Source: Candidatus Culexmicrobium cathedralense (lineage in GTDB: Archaea; Thermoproteota; Methanomethylicia; Culexarchaeales; Culexmicrobiaceae). Taken from it: 64,000 nt of DNA. A program made the position numbers and the translations under genes. Shown piece by piece: positions 47,228-58,604 of this stretch. The stretch lies in the NCBI GenBank assembly GCA_025061115.1, contig JANZKC010000003.1, forward strand, positions 64,001 through 128,000, in the 5' to 3' direction. The notes below the pieces were generated by a model. That model did not search any database. It was not told where the DNA came from and worked only from the letters and a program-made list of their open reading frames with translations. Position 1 is the first letter of the stretch. Each line of letters opens with the position of its first letter.

Positions 47228-47683
47228 ATTCTATTTGTGTGACTTACCGTATAAATTCTTTACTTCACCGTTTGTGCAAAAATCATGAGGGCTCTGCCAC
47301 TCAATAGTGGCATCAAATTGCTGAAATTTTTGCTCTTAATTGATTTTTGAGCTGATTCGTATTCTAGCGATTATTTAAAGTAGCTGGAAGGATTAGCTCA
47401 AGGTTTGAGGTGTGTAATTAAGAAGAGAATGGTAAATTAACTTGCTAAATACGAAGAATATTATGTTATTTGGAGATGCAGGTTAGTCAATAACTCTACA
47501 TTACTTAAATAGCCATATCTCCTTCATAGTTTGGCATGCTATCAAGTTAAACCTCCCATAATTCACCGTGGGCATTAGTTGAAAAATGAACGAAAAGAAT
47601 ATCTTGAAAAATTACTTAGCATGGGATTACACAGTATTTAAAAATTAAAGGAGATAACTGAATCATAAAAGTTGACAATATAA

Positions 47684-49354
47684 CTACACCCTATACTTGT
47701 AATAGTCATGCTTGTAATTTGTAACGATGTCGACGATTACTGGTCCTTTCGTTAGCAGTGCTTCTTCAATTGTTGATCGGAGGTCCTTCGGGTCTTCAAC
47801 TCTTAACCCTTTTGCTCCAAGTGCTTTTGCGCATTCCGCGAAGTTTATGTGCATTAGATCTACTGCGAAAAATCTGCCTCCATACCTATTTTGCTGGATT
47901 TTCCATAATATCCCATATTTTGAGTCATTCATTATTATAATTGGTAGGTCTAGCTTTTGTTCTACTGCTGTTGCTATTTCACTTAATGTCATGAGCATGC
48001 CTCCATCTCCTGATACTGCTACAACTTGCCTTTCAGGATATGCTTTCTTTGCTGCTATTGCTGCTGGGAGAGCGAATCCCATGCTTCCAAATCGTTCTGA
48101 AATTATGAATGTATTTGGAGAACGAGTTCTAAAGTATGTTTCCATCCAAACGAAGTTGCTTCCAATATCAGCCGTAAATATGGCGTCTTTTTCTGTGACT
48201 TTTTGAAGTAGATCGCATATAATTGCTGGGTGGATGGGCTTGTTTTCCAAATTCTCTTTAATTATTTCATTTAATTCTGCTTCAACCTTTTCCTTTATAC
48301 TTGAAATTCTTTCGGGTAATTTATTCCATGAGCTTTTATATTTGAATTTTATTTTTTCGCCTATTTCCTTGATCGTCTTTCTCAAAGATGGAACGTTGAT
48401 TTCCATGATGTTGTCGGATTTAAATACTCCAACTTGACCATCTTCCTGATAAATGTGTATTATCATTTTATCTTTTGTCTCGGTAAAATCTGGCATTGCT
48501 CTTACTCCTGCTTCTAATCCAAGCGTAAGGATCATATCTGCTTCATTTAATAGCTCTTTAACTAGTGGGTGAGTGGTTCTTCTAAATGCTGAGCTAAAGC
48601 AGTATCCTACATTTAGTGGGTGATTGAATGGTATGGCGCTTCTTCCCCACCTCGAGTTGAATATAGGTGCATTTATGTTTTCAGCTAATTTTGTAGCTTC
48701 AATCCAGCTGAATGTCCTTAAAACTCCCTTACCTACTATGATGACTGGCTTACTTGACGATGCTATTGCTTTAATTATTTCATCGAAATCTACTCTTTCG
48801 TTCTTGTCCTCTGCTATTTTTGCCTCGTCTGCTTTGTAGTTGACTTCAATTTGAAGTATGTCTACTGGTATGGATAAATGAACAGGTCCGCTTCTACCTG
48901 TCGTAGCTATTTTGAATGCTTTGTGTATTGCTTTTGGAATTTCTTCTGGTTTTTCTATTGTTCTGCTCCACTTTGTTATTGGTGCAAATATTTTTTGAAG
49001 GTAATGCCAGTCATCTACTCCATGGAATGGTTGAATTCTATCTTGCGTTGAGCAGTGTCCCGTTATGTGTAGCATTGGTGATGCGGCTGCATATGCTCCT
49101 GCAACTCCAGTTACCGTATTTGTGGCTCCTGGACCTGCTGTAACTAGGCATGTTCCTGGCTTGCCTGTTAGTCTTCCATAAGCATCAGCCATGACAGCCG
49201 CTGCATTTTCATGTTTAACAAGTATATGCTCTATGCTTGAAGTTCTCAGCACATCGTAAATGTCCAGTATATTGTAACCTGGAAGTCCAAATATCAACGT
49301 GACATTATTTTCTTCAAGTGCCTTAACGAGTGCCTCCGCACTTTTCACTAACAA
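47684..49354 (-). CDS. thiamine-diphosphate enzyme, acetolactate synthase-like
   Basis: FGLPG, KHE, TAGPGATN, GSMGFALPAA and GDGG...MND. Confidence 0.88.
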   Translation of the reverse strand: MLVKSAEALVKALEENNVTLIFGLPGYNILDIYDVLRTSSIEHILVKHENAAAVMADAYGRLTGKPGTCLVTAGPGATNTVTGVAGAYAAASPMLHITGHCSTQDRIQPFHGVDDWHYLQKIFAPITKWSRTIEKPEEIPKAIHKAFKIATTGRSGPVHLSIPVDILQIEVNYKADEAKIAEDKNERVDFDEIIKAIASSSKPVIIVGKGVLRTFSWIEATKLAENINAPIFNSRWGRSAIPFNHPLNVGYCFSSAFRRTTHPLVKELLNEADMILTLGLEAGVRAMPDFTETKDKMIIHIYQEDGQVGVFKSDNIMEINVPSLRKTIKEIGEKIKFKYKSSWNKLPERISSIKEKVEAELNEIIKENLENKPIHPAIICDLLQKVTEKDAIFTADIGSNFVWMETYFRTRSPNTFIISERFGSMGFALPAAIAAKKAYPERQVVAVSGDGGMLMTLSEIATAVEQKLDLPIIIMNDSKYGILWKIQQNRYGGRFFAVDLMHINFAECAKALGAKGLRVEDPKDLRSTIEEALLTKGPVIVDIVTNYKHDYYKYRV

Positions 49355-49529
49355 TCACCAATATTAGTATGCTTATTTTATGCTTATAATTTTATTATGA
49401 GCTATAATGTTAGAGCTCATGTGGTGCTTTAAAATTAGGTATCATTATTTAAGCGTAAAATTGATTTACACTTCATTTGCACATTAATTCGAAATGTCTA
49501 TATTTAGATTTTAACAAGATTGGGGAAAA

Positions 49530-49769
49530 GTGATTTGCTTAAGGAGAGTTGTGTCCATATCGCTGCTCACAACTTTTCTAGCTTCAACAATTAGCGGCTT
49601 ACTTATGCTTTTAATTCCAAGGAGAGTTAAAGGAGCATATTTTTTCTTGGATTCTAGGTTTTTTTGGAGTGATTTGAATACATACGCTTCGATTTTTATG
49701 ATAGTCTTAGGAATTATTTGCATATACTTGAATTGGAGAGCTTTACTTAGCTATTTTAAGTTTCGCTAG
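49530..49769 (+). CDS. small two-TM membrane protein (DUF4405-like)
   Basis: Two hydrophobic helices, ISGLLM and YLNWRAL. The His residues usual in this family appear replaced. Confidence 0.5.
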   Translation: MICLRRVVSISLLTTFLASTISGLLMLLIPRRVKGAYFFLDSRFFWSDLNTYASIFMIVLGIICIYLNWRALLSYFKFR

Positions 49770-49811
49770 CTATTTCAATTTTAATAATAAACATTAGTTG
49801 AGGTTTTATGA

Positions 49812-50498
49812 GTGGTGGTGATGGATATTAGGTTTAGCTCAGTTATACTAGCTGGCGGAGAATCTAAGAGACTTGGACGATATAAGCCAACTGTTAAGCT
49901 ACTTGATAAACCCCTTTTACTTTACGTCATCGATGCTCTGCTACCTATATCTCGTGAAGTTATTATCGTACTTAAAAATTCGATGCAGAGGGTGTTTCTG
50001 GCCGATTTCATCGAAAAATTAAATTCACCGAAAATAAGGTTCACCTACGATGTAAGTGGTATAAATGGTATTCTGGCTGGAGTTAAAGCTGGGTTGCAGG
50101 CTTCGAAGGAGTCGGCGGTCTTTCTAACTGGCTGTGATTTACCTTTAATGAATTCGAAGGTGGTCGAGTTGATAATGTCTAATCTCATTAAGCTTAATGT
50201 AAATGCAGTGGTTCCCATGTGGAATAATGGGTTTATAGAGCCTTTATATGCTGGGTATATGGTTTCCTCAACTTTAAGGGCGGTTGATGAAGCAATTAAT
50301 TTTGGTGAGAAGTCGTTTAGAGATTTGCTTAAAAGACTTAATGTTAATTATCTTTCCGCTGAGCAACTAGTTGATGTTGCTGGCTGTCAGACTTTCTTAA
50401 ACATTAATTCTCAAGAGGATCTTCATCTTGCTGAAAGGCTTTTGCTAACCTCTTCTTCGATGAGTTGTGACGATGCTGATTACATCTCGATCTCTTAA
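49812..50498 (+). CDS. mobA: molybdenum cofactor guanylyltransferase
   Basis: ILAGGESKRLG..K, GCDLP, EPLYAGY and FLNINSQEDL. Confidence 0.85.
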   Translation: MVVMDIRFSSVILAGGESKRLGRYKPTVKLLDKPLLLYVIDALLPISREVIIVLKNSMQRVFLADFIEKLNSPKIRFTYDVSGINGILAGVKAGLQASKESAVFLTGCDLPLMNSKVVELIMSNLIKLNVNAVVPMWNNGFIEPLYAGYMVSSTLRAVDEAINFGEKSFRDLLKRLNVNYLSAEQLVDVAGCQTFLNINSQEDLHLAERLLLTSSSMSCDDADYISIS

Positions 50499-51662
50499 AA
50501 TGTAATCTTTTGGAAGTCTAATGCCTGTTTTTGCGTCAATAGCGTATATTACGCCTTTTGCTAATTCGCTGTGAATCTCCCTTGCTAAGTCTAGGACAGT
50601 CGAGTTAGGAGGCATTAAAAATGCATCTGGAAGCACGTTTCCATGCTTATCTGATAGCTTAACTGGGTCTTCAACTGGATATACTACGTTCATTTTTAGG
50701 AGTTTGAAGACAGCAATGTTTAATGCTTGCTGAACGCCTGTCCTAAATATTTTTCCCATAACCCTGTTTTGCACATAATTTAATGCCCACCTTTGCTTTG
50801 GAGTTAAATTAGCATCATTGACAACCCTGAAAACTTCAGTTCCAGGCACGTACTCTATTAGTCCTGATCGCTCTGCTCGCCTTAAGGCTAGCTCAGCCTC
50901 AGCACTGCATGGAACTACCAACGATCTTCCAAATTCTTCGACAAGTTTTTCGTAGTTTTCTTCAGCTGGTCCCAAGTCCATTTTATTTGCCACAATGAGA
51001 GTTGGTTTAGCTCTTATTCTAAGTTCGTAAGCTAATTTTTCATAATCTGCCTCACTCCACCTTTCAATGGGCTTATCCTCAACTTCAGCTGCTGCAAGGG
51101 AATCAATAATGTGCTGCTTTGTTACTTTCATTCCTGAAAGTACCTTGTGAAGTGCATCTACTATGGCATGCCTTCCGCCTTTAATTAATCTTTCAACGCG
51201 ATTTTTATTCATTTTTAATACTCGCTTAAACCATTGGATTAGTTCATACTCTACTTCATAGAAGTCAGCTATGGGATTTCCGAGTCCTGGCTCGCAGATT
51301 TTTCCTTCAGCGTCTATGCTTCCAGACGCATCTACTACATGTAATAATGCATCAGCTTGCATGGCTACACTTAAAAATTGATTGCCTAATCCCCTGCCAA
51401 GGTATGCCCCCTTAATAAGTCCCGGGAGATCTATTAGTTCGATTGGGATGAATCTCCATCCATTGATGCAAGTGGAATTTTTTGGGTTATCTTTAACTTT
51501 GAATTCTCTGCATACGCATAGTGTTTGAACATATGCCAATCCTATGTTTGGCTTCTTAGTTGTAAAAGGATACGTAGATATTTCAGCTTTCAAGAGGGTT
51601 GCTGCATTGAAAAATGTAGTTTTTCCAGTGTTAGTTTTTCCTATCAGTCCAATTCGAATCAA
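50445..51662 (-). CDS. ychF: archaeal YchF/OBG-family NTPase with TGS domain
   Basis: GKTNTGKTT, YPFTT, DLPGL, NKMD, LPDAFL and IHSEL; AGGAGG RBS. Confidence 0.9.
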   Translation of the reverse strand: MIRIGLIGKTNTGKTTFFNAATLLKAEISTYPFTTKKPNIGLAYVQTLCVCREFKVKDNPKNSTCINGWRFIPIELIDLPGLIKGAYLGRGLGNQFLSVAMQADALLHVVDASGSIDAEGKICEPGLGNPIADFYEVEYELIQWFKRVLKMNKNRVERLIKGGRHAIVDALHKVLSGMKVTKQHIIDSLAAAEVEDKPIERWSEADYEKLAYELRIRAKPTLIVANKMDLGPAEENYEKLVEEFGRSLVVPCSAEAELALRRAERSGLIEYVPGTEVFRVVNDANLTPKQRWALNYVQNRVMGKIFRTGVQQALNIAVFKLLKMNVVYPVEDPVKLSDKHGNVLPDAFLMPPNSTVLDLAREIHSELAKGVIYAIDAKTGIRLPKDYILRDRDVISIVTTHRRRG

Positions 51663-52017
51663 TTTTTGTCCTCCTAGTAACTCGTATTGCAGTCCGTGTC
51701 ATATTAGGTTCTCGGTAATTAAGCGAGGATAAAGTTGCTTTTATATAAATGTTTTTCTAAGTGAATTAATGTTCATAATAGTTCAGATTTAAGAATTAAT
51801 TTAAGTGTTGTTATTATTTTACTATCATATTAATTACGAATTTTAAAGTTAATAATTTTAAGTTTTTAATAGTGGCTTCATTGCTGCTTATCGCATAATA
51901 GGTAAAGTGCTATTTTCTTAACTTTTCCGCGCGCCTTATCTTGTTTTGACCTGTAGTTAGTTTTGGACGTGAAGCTGCGTTATTTAGGTAAATGGCATTT
52001 GATGGATCTTTAGTAGT

Positions 52018-52659
52018 TCACAATTTATCCGCTATTTTTTCAAGCTCTTTTCTGAGCCTAATGCTCAATTGCGCTTCGGCAACTATTTTTCTTGTATCTT
52101 CTATGAGTCTTCTCATCACGTCTATTTTTGATCTCAGTTCTGGAACTAGCGATCTTGGATATTCTAGTGGTTGTAAAATTTCATGCAGCCTCTCCATTAG
52201 CTCAACCATGCGCTCTGATTCTTCAATATCTTCCGCTTTAAGGAGATCTATCGCTTTTCTTCTTAGCTCTCCTATTAGATCAGCTAGCCCCAATACGTAT
52301 GCTTGTTCCAATACCTTCAATTCACTGTTTAGTGGAATTCTCTTCCTCGTCACTATTTCGTAAAGGCTTTTTGCTTCAACATATTCTTGCATTGCAACAA
52401 TAACGCTTCCGCTTATTAACTCTGGGCGTTCTTTGATGTTTTTCATGATTTGCTTTATCTTTTCGTCTGCCAGTTTTAGCTTAGACTCTGCAATGTTTAG
52501 CGCTCTTCTATGAATTGCAGAAATAGCTTCACCGCACATGCGCACAGCTTCTCTGCATGTTATTTTTAGGCTTTCTTTTAGCTGTAGATTGTCATTAAGA
52601 GTTAAGGCTATTTTGCCAATTTCCTCAGCTACTTCCTCCAAATTAATCAATGAAATCAC
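52018..52659 (-). CDS. translin/TRAX (C3PO) family protein
   Basis: AISAIHR, QEYVEA, YVLGLADLIGELRR and LRSKID. Confidence 0.85.
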   Translation of the reverse strand: MISLINLEEVAEEIGKIALTLNDNLQLKESLKITCREAVRMCGEAISAIHRRALNIAESKLKLADEKIKQIMKNIKERPELISGSVIVAMQEYVEAKSLYEIVTRKRIPLNSELKVLEQAYVLGLADLIGELRRKAIDLLKAEDIEESERMVELMERLHEILQPLEYPRSLVPELRSKIDVMRRLIEDTRKIVAEAQLSIRLRKELEKIADKL

Positions 52660-52692
52660 CGTAAACTTGAGCTACATCAGCCTATATACAAG

Positions 52693-53214
52693 TTACTCTA
52701 ATCCCATGCTTCTCATTTCTTCTTCCTGCTTCTCCCTTACTACCTCTTCAAATTCGGAAAGTTTTCTCCAATCCATGAATTTAGCCATTGTAGCAAGAAT
52801 CTTAAGCGATTTGGCGCCATCTACTGGAATTTGAAATGTTATTGCTCTATATTTTTCAACGTCGACATCCTCATCTCTAGCTATTTTTAAGTAGAGGTTT
52901 TTGAAGTCGCTTGGAGGCATTAAACTTAAAAGAATGTACTCGACATCGCCTATTGCTTCAGTGAAATCTCTTAATTCAGTTGAAGTTGGGAATATTAGTG
53001 CATTTATGTTTTCCTTAATTTTCCCTTGCTTGAGTCTGATAATTAGTTTTGCCAATGGCGGTTCAACCTCAACTTTTGCAAGTGCTTCAACTGGCTTTTT
53101 AACTCTAAACCTATGGCGTGTAGGCAAAATGATATATGGATGTCCTTCATCTGTTACGCCAAAAATATAAATTGTTCTCATTTTTTCGATTATGCTTCGA
53201 AGATCTTCGTCCAC
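52693..53214 (-). CDS. hypothetical protein
   Basis: 173 aa ORF co-oriented 33 bp upstream of translin. No family recognised. Confidence 0.75.
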   Translation of the reverse strand: MDEDLRSIIEKMRTIYIFGVTDEGHPYIILPTRHRFRVKKPVEALAKVEVEPPLAKLIIRLKQGKIKENINALIFPTSTELRDFTEAIGDVEYILLSLMPPSDFKNLYLKIARDEDVDVEKYRAITFQIPVDGAKSLKILATMAKFMDWRKLSEFEEVVREKQEEEMRSMGLE

Positions 53215-53542
53215 GAAATCACTTCTCCAGTTCTCAATTGTTTAGCCCAAATATATCTTTATTGCATTTTCGCATGCAATTACGATGAGATTTATATCGT
53301 GTACATAATATTTAAAGCTGGAGTCGAATGTGCTTCAACACTAATATGTGACTTATTTTACTCATTGCAATTAATTAACTTTAGAGGAGAAATTTGAAGC
53401 ATTAAGTATTGGTGTTATGGAAATGTTATTCAATTTGATTGGGAATTTTACTAGCGATGTGATTATGTTGGTTTGATTAATTGGAATTATTTTAACTATT
53501 GTTATAATGGCTGAATTGAAATAAAAAGTTAATATATTACGA

Positions 53543-55606
53543 CTACCGCATCAGAAGGGCATATTGAATGAATAATGGAAGTAACGTTATTGAAACTATG
53601 CTGACGAGCTTAATTAATATGTGCAGGCTTGGCCCAGCACTATCCTTTAACGGATCTCCAACCGTATCCCCAATTACTGCTGCTGCATGTTCTGGCGTTC
53701 CCTTACCCCCTAGAAATCCTGACTCTATTAGTTTTTTGGCGTTGTCCCATGCTCCTCCAGCATTGAACATGAATGTTGCTAGAAGTGCTCCTACAATTGA
53801 CGCTGCAACCATGAATGCTGCTAGTATCCATGGCCCGCCAAGGAAACCTACGATTGCTGGAGTTACTAATCCAACCAGTGTTGGCAGAATCATCTTTTCC
53901 AATGCATGCTTTGTGCTTATGTCTACGCATTGCGCGTAGTTAGGCTTCGCTTCGCCTTCAAGAATGCCGGGTATTTCTCTAAATTGCCTCCTAACTTCTT
54001 CAACCATTTCGTGGGCAGCTTTGCTTACAGCTCTGATTATCATGGCTGAGAATATGAATGGAATGGTTGCACCTGTTAGGAAACCTGCGATTGAGAGTGG
54101 GTTTACCACGTTTACTACGATGTCATTAATTGAATTAAGTTCGATGCCAGCATACCTTGCTGCTTCACTTACGTAGGCAAATAGTATTACAACTGTCGTT
54201 AGAATTCCAGCGGCCATAGCGAAGCCCTTCGTTATGGCTTTAGTTATGTTGCCCACGGCGTCGAGCTTGTCCATGGCTTCTTCAACTTCCCTTTCTAAGT
54301 GGGACATTTCGGCTATTCCTGCTGCATTATCTACTATTGGTCCGTAAGTGTCCGATGCCATTATTATTCCTTTCATTTCGGTTAGACCCATGGCTGCTGC
54401 TGCAACTCCAAATATTCCTAATATGTCTCCGCCGAAAATGAGGTATGCAGCTGCTATTGAAAGTGCGACTATTGTCATTGACGGAACTGCGCTTTCAAGA
54501 CCATAAGCCAATCCTATCATGATGTTTACTGCGGGGCTTGATTTGGATGCTAATGCGATGTCTTTTACTGGCTGCCAACTTTCACTAGTATAGTATTGCG
54601 TGACTATAGCTACTACTAGTGCAGTTACCAGTCCAAGCGTTAAGCAGTAGAATAGTCTTATGTCTCTCATGAAGTAAACTGAGACGCAGTAGAATACTAT
54701 TAATGATAGTACGCCTGCAGTTAAGTAGGCAAAGTTTATGCGGTTTATTGGCTTCATCCCGCCCGTAAATCGTATGGCTGCTATACCTGCTATTGTCGCT
54801 AAATTTCCTGTTGACCTTATTAGGAGTGGAAATACAACTGCTTTCCAGCCGTAGACGGGTAGGAATGTCAGTCCTAAAATCATCATGCACACTAGGTTGT
54901 CCGAGCCTGATTCGAATAGATCTGCTCCTCTTCCGGCGCAGTCACCGACGTTATCCCCAACTAAGTCAGCTATGACTGCTGGGTTTCTTGGATCGTCTTC
55001 CGGTATTCCTATTTCAACTTTACCGACAAGATCTGCTCCAACGTCTGCTGCTTTAGTGAATATTCCTCCGCCTACTTGGGCGAAGAGTGCAGTTAAGCTT
55101 GCTCCAAAGCCGAATCCTACTAGTTCGCTTACGACTTCTGGATTGTGGGGGCCGCCTCCGAATATTACGTAAAGCATTGTTACGCCTATTAGGTTTAATG
55201 ACACGATTAATAGGCCAGTTATCCCTCCGCCTCCGAATGCTAAAGTTAAAGCTCTGCGCACTGATGATCTTGCAGCGTTGGTAACTCTGACATTTGTTTT
55301 AACTGCAGCTTTCATTCCTATGTACGTGGCTATCCCTGAGAACAGTGAGCCTAACATGAAGCCGACAGCTATTTCATGTCTCGGCCATAATGCCACTAAT
55401 AGGGTTACTGCTATTGGTACGGAGAAGTATGCTATTGTTTTGAATTCTCGCTTGAGAAAGGCGTTTGCGCCTTCTTCAATATATCCTGCAATTTCTCTCA
55501 TTTTTGGAGTTCCTGTATCTTCTTTTGTAATTGAGTAGTATATTATTGCAACTACTAGCAGTGATAATGCTCCTACACCTAGAGGTATTAGTAGTAGCAC
55601 GTCCAT
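53543..55606 (-). CDS. hppA: membrane-bound K+-independent H+-translocating pyrophosphatase
   Basis: [45 protein letters not shown] (Lys signature) and [10 protein letters not shown]. Confidence 0.93.
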   Translation of the reverse strand: MDVLLLIPLGVGALSLLVVAIIYYSITKEDTGTPKMREIAGYIEEGANAFLKREFKTIAYFSVPIAVTLLVALWPRHEIAVGFMLGSLFSGIATYIGMKAAVKTNVRVTNAARSSVRRALTLAFGGGGITGLLIVSLNLIGVTMLYVIFGGGPHNPEVVSELVGFGFGASLTALFAQVGGGIFTKAADVGADLVGKVEIGIPEDDPRNPAVIADLVGDNVGDCAGRGADLFESGSDNLVCMMILGLTFLPVYGWKAVVFPLLIRSTGNLATIAGIAAIRFTGGMKPINRINFAYLTAGVLSLIVFYCVSVYFMRDIRLFYCLTLGLVTALVVAIVTQYYTSESWQPVKDIALASKSSPAVNIMIGLAYGLESAVPSMTIVALSIAAAYLIFGGDILGIFGVAAAAMGLTEMKGIIMASDTYGPIVDNAAGIAEMSHLEREVEEAMDKLDAVGNITKAITKGFAMAAGILTTVVILFAYVSEAARYAGIELNSINDIVVNVVNPLSIAGFLTGATIPFIFSAMIIRAVSKAAHEMVEEVRRQFREIPGILEGEAKPNYAQCVDISTKHALEKMILPTLVGLVTPAIVGFLGGPWILAAFMVAASIVGALLATFMFNAGGAWDNAKKLIESGFLGGKGTPEHAAAVIGDTVGDPLKDSAGPSLHILIKLVSIVSITLLPLFIQYALLMR

Positions 55607-55747
55607 AATTGTGCCTCCAATCGTCTTTACCCAGATTAAATCAACCTTATGTTATAAGGTTTTAGCTCGATCTAGCGAATTTTAAGGTTATTCCGTTTTG
55701 GTAAGTTTTTTAACATAATTGCATCTGAAGATACTTGGGGATTATAC

Positions 55748-57022
55748 ATGGGCGAAATACCCATTACCTACGCCAAGGACACTGTCGTTAGCTTTAGTGA
55801 GGAGGAGAAGCTGTTCAGAGAGGTTGTGAGAGAATTTTGCCAAAGGTATGTAGCTCCTAAGTGGGTTGAAATCGATGAAAAAGCTAGTAAAGATCCTATG
55901 GATATTCCTATTGACTTAATAAAAAAGATGGGGGAGCAAGGTCTCTTCGCAATTCCCTGCGACCCAAAATATGGCGGTCAAGGTGGAACATATACAATGG
56001 CTGTAATTGCAGTTGAAGAGATAGCATATGCTGATCCATCAGTTGCAATAGCTGTTTATGCTCTTCTAAATAACGGTTGGCCATTTGCCCTTCAACAATT
56101 TGGTAGAGAAGATGTTTGCGAGGAGATAATTCCAGAAGTGGCGAAGGGAAATGCGTTTTTCGGTATAGCAACAACTGAGCCTCAAGGAGGATCTGACATT
56201 GCTGGAATGAAAATGACTGCCGTAAAGAAGAATGGCGTATACGTATTTGATGGTGAAAAAGCATACATAAGTGGTGTTGGAGAAGTTATGAAATTACCTT
56301 GGGGTGGAGGGTGGTTCCTAGTAGCTAGAACCGGAGGACCTGGGCACAGAGGGCTATCGGCCTTCGCATTTATACCTAGAAAGAATGGGAAGGAGAGGCC
56401 TGGCTTTCACCCAACCATATACCCTGACATAGGAAGGCACGGACTTACAACAGGTGGCTTTATATGCGAAAACTTTGAGTTAGAAGAAAAATACCTACTT
56501 GGAGAGGAAAATAGAGGTTTCTATCACGTCATGGAAGGCTTCAATCTAGCTAGAATCGTTGTTGCAGCTGCATGCATAGGAGCAACCCGGTGGCTTCTAG
56601 AGCAAGCTGCCCAGTGGTTTAGGCAAAGAAGGCTTTTTGGAGGTAGATACATATCATCATTTCAGGGCATTAACTTCAAATTTGCCGAGCTCTACGCTCG
56701 TTATGAAGCTGCTAAGTACTTTGTCTACAGAGCTGCGAGGCTTGCTGATAAAATATACGTTGAAAGAGATCCAACTTTAAATCCTAAGGATCTAAACGTG
56801 CCAGTGGCAATGGCAAAAATGTGGGCTCCTGAAACTGCAGTTGATGTTGCTGAAGAAGTTATGAAGTGGCATGGAGCTTTCGCATATACCAAGGAGTGCC
56901 CAGTATATCGTGCTTGGCTTGGACTATTTTCATACGTCATTGGAGCCGAAGGAGCGCAAAACATTATGAGGTACATAATCGCCAGGGACACGATTGGCAG
57001 CGAATACGTTAGGCCATCATGA
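55748..57022 (+). CDS. acyl-CoA dehydrogenase
   Basis: TTEPQGGSD, GEKAYIS, FNLARI, FQGINFKFA, MAK and GAEGAQNIMR. Confidence 0.92.
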   Translation: MGEIPITYAKDTVVSFSEEEKLFREVVREFCQRYVAPKWVEIDEKASKDPMDIPIDLIKKMGEQGLFAIPCDPKYGGQGGTYTMAVIAVEEIAYADPSVAIAVYALLNNGWPFALQQFGREDVCEEIIPEVAKGNAFFGIATTEPQGGSDIAGMKMTAVKKNGVYVFDGEKAYISGVGEVMKLPWGGGWFLVARTGGPGHRGLSAFAFIPRKNGKERPGFHPTIYPDIGRHGLTTGGFICENFELEEKYLLGEENRGFYHVMEGFNLARIVVAAACIGATRWLLEQAAQWFRQRRLFGGRYISSFQGINFKFAELYARYEAAKYFVYRAARLADKIYVERDPTLNPKDLNVPVAMAKMWAPETAVDVAEEVMKWHGAFAYTKECPVYRAWLGLFSYVIGAEGAQNIMRYIIARDTIGSEYVRPS

Positions 57023-57159
57023 CCTTAAATTTTTATTTTACTGCATTATTTCTTATAAATCTGAACATTCGAATTTCGTAAATTTTTTAAATTCTTGAAG
57101 TATTAGATATTATTCTAAGTGTCGTATAGGAATAAAAGTCTATAAAGGGAGGATTCAAG

Positions 57160-57952
57160 TTGCACGCTGCAGCGATCTTGATTGATGAAATTATAAGGGA
57201 GGGAAGAGGCTCAAGCCTAGTAATACTAATAATGGCGGCAGTATTCTTCTACATTGCATACTACTTGACAAAGATAGGAAGGCCTCCTAGGCTAAGAAGG
57301 TTGGTTGCAATTGTTGCAATAGCTGAAGCTGTTGGAAGAGCTGCCGAGATGGGGAAGCCCGTTCATTACACTCCCGGATACGCTTATGAGAGTATAGCCA
57401 CCCATTAAGGATCGCAAACATTAGCTTCAATAAGCATTTTAGGCTATATTGGCCAGCTTTGCGCTCGATATGATGTGTCAATAATAATTAACAATTCCAC
57501 TGATGGAGGAGACTCTTAGACTAGCTTACTTAAGGGAAGGTAAGCCTGAAAAATTTGACCCTAAGTGCATTAACTATCAGCCGGGGCAATCTCCAATGGT
57601 AACTGCAATTCTAGGGACATTTCAGAGGGAAAGGCCTGCAGCAAACTTCATGATTGGAGGATTGTACTACGAATCGGTGGTTATAGGAGAAGCAGCTAAC
57701 TTCATTGGAGCAATGCAGGTGGGCGGCACTGCAAATACCCACCAAATGCCATTTATCGTTGCGACATGCGACTACGTGCTGCTAGGCGAAGAGCTTTACG
57801 CTGCTGCAGCCTACATATCTAAAGAACCAATACAAATAGCGAGCATTGCAGGAGAAAATTGGATAAAGTTCCTACTTCTAGCCCTAGTTGTCTTGGGAAT
57901 AATCTTGGAGTCAGCAGGATACCCCCTAATAAGCGATTTCCTGAGGTGGTGA
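57160..57952 (+). pseudogene. DUF6754-like membrane protein, interrupted
   Basis: EAVGRAAEMGKPVHYTPG, then in-frame TAA 57406-08, then GSQTLASISILGYIGQLCARYDV in the same frame. Frame shifts at about 57488-57502 into TIPLMEETLRLAY...AANFMIG...ATCDYVLLGEELYAAAAYIS. Confidence 0.8.
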
Positions 57953-57956
57953 GATT

Positions 57957-58604
57957 ATGGCAACTGTGTTTAGAAGGGCTGAGATACTAATTTTAATTTC
58001 AGGAATGTTGACGGGATTAATTCTATTCGACTACTTCTTTCCAGTCCCAGGGCTGTCAGATGCAGTTGGCGTAGTCAATACATGGGCGGCGGGAGTATCA
58101 GCATTTGCACTTGCTTTAGGCTTCCTATCTGCAGCGAGAATTCACCTATACTACATTCAAAGGAGAATTCCTGGTAGGTGGCCATTCAGCCTGTGGCTAT
58201 TCATATTGACTGCAGTTCTAACCGTTTCAGGGCTCATTAGCGAAGGATCGCTGCCATATGCTTGGTGCTTTAAATGGGTTTTCACGCCTCTTGGTGCAAC
58301 TCTATACGCCATAACGGGATTCTACATATTCTCAGCAGCTTATAGGGCATTTAGAGCTAGAAGCTTAGAGGCTGGAATTCTATTAGTAGCTGGAATTATA
58401 GTGATGCTCGGCAATACGACTATTGGTGAATTAATTTGGAATCAAATACCAATTATCAACGAGTGGCTTCAATTAACTGGCCAAACTCCTGCAATGAGAG
58501 CTCTTCTATTCACGGCATCACTAGGATTAGTCATCTTCGGATTTAGAGTGCTAATTGGAGCAGAAAGGGGCTATTTAGGCGTATCTGGCGAGGGGGGAAG
58601 CTAG
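57957..58604 (+). CDS. multi-pass membrane protein of unknown function
   Basis: About six TM helices, FYIFSAAYRAFRARS and GAERGYLG; starts 4 bp after the previous gene with GAGGTGG RBS. Confidence 0.85.
   Translation: MATVFRRAEILILISGMLTGLILFDYFFPVPGLSDAVGVVNTWAAGVSAFALALGFLSAARIHLYYIQRRIPGRWPFSLWLFILTAVLTVSGLISEGSLPYAWCFKWVFTPLGATLYAITGFYIFSAAYRAFRARSLEAGILLVAGIIVMLGNTTIGELIWNQIPIINEWLQLTGQTPAMRALLFTASLGLVIFGFRVLIGAERGYLGVSGEGGS

Noticed and set aside
51910-52020. Readthrough of the translin TGA into 35 open codons containing IYLNNAAS (desulfurase-like word)
   Set aside because: Translin is already full length, no SECIS-like element was seen, and the match is short and probably chance or a tiny remnant.
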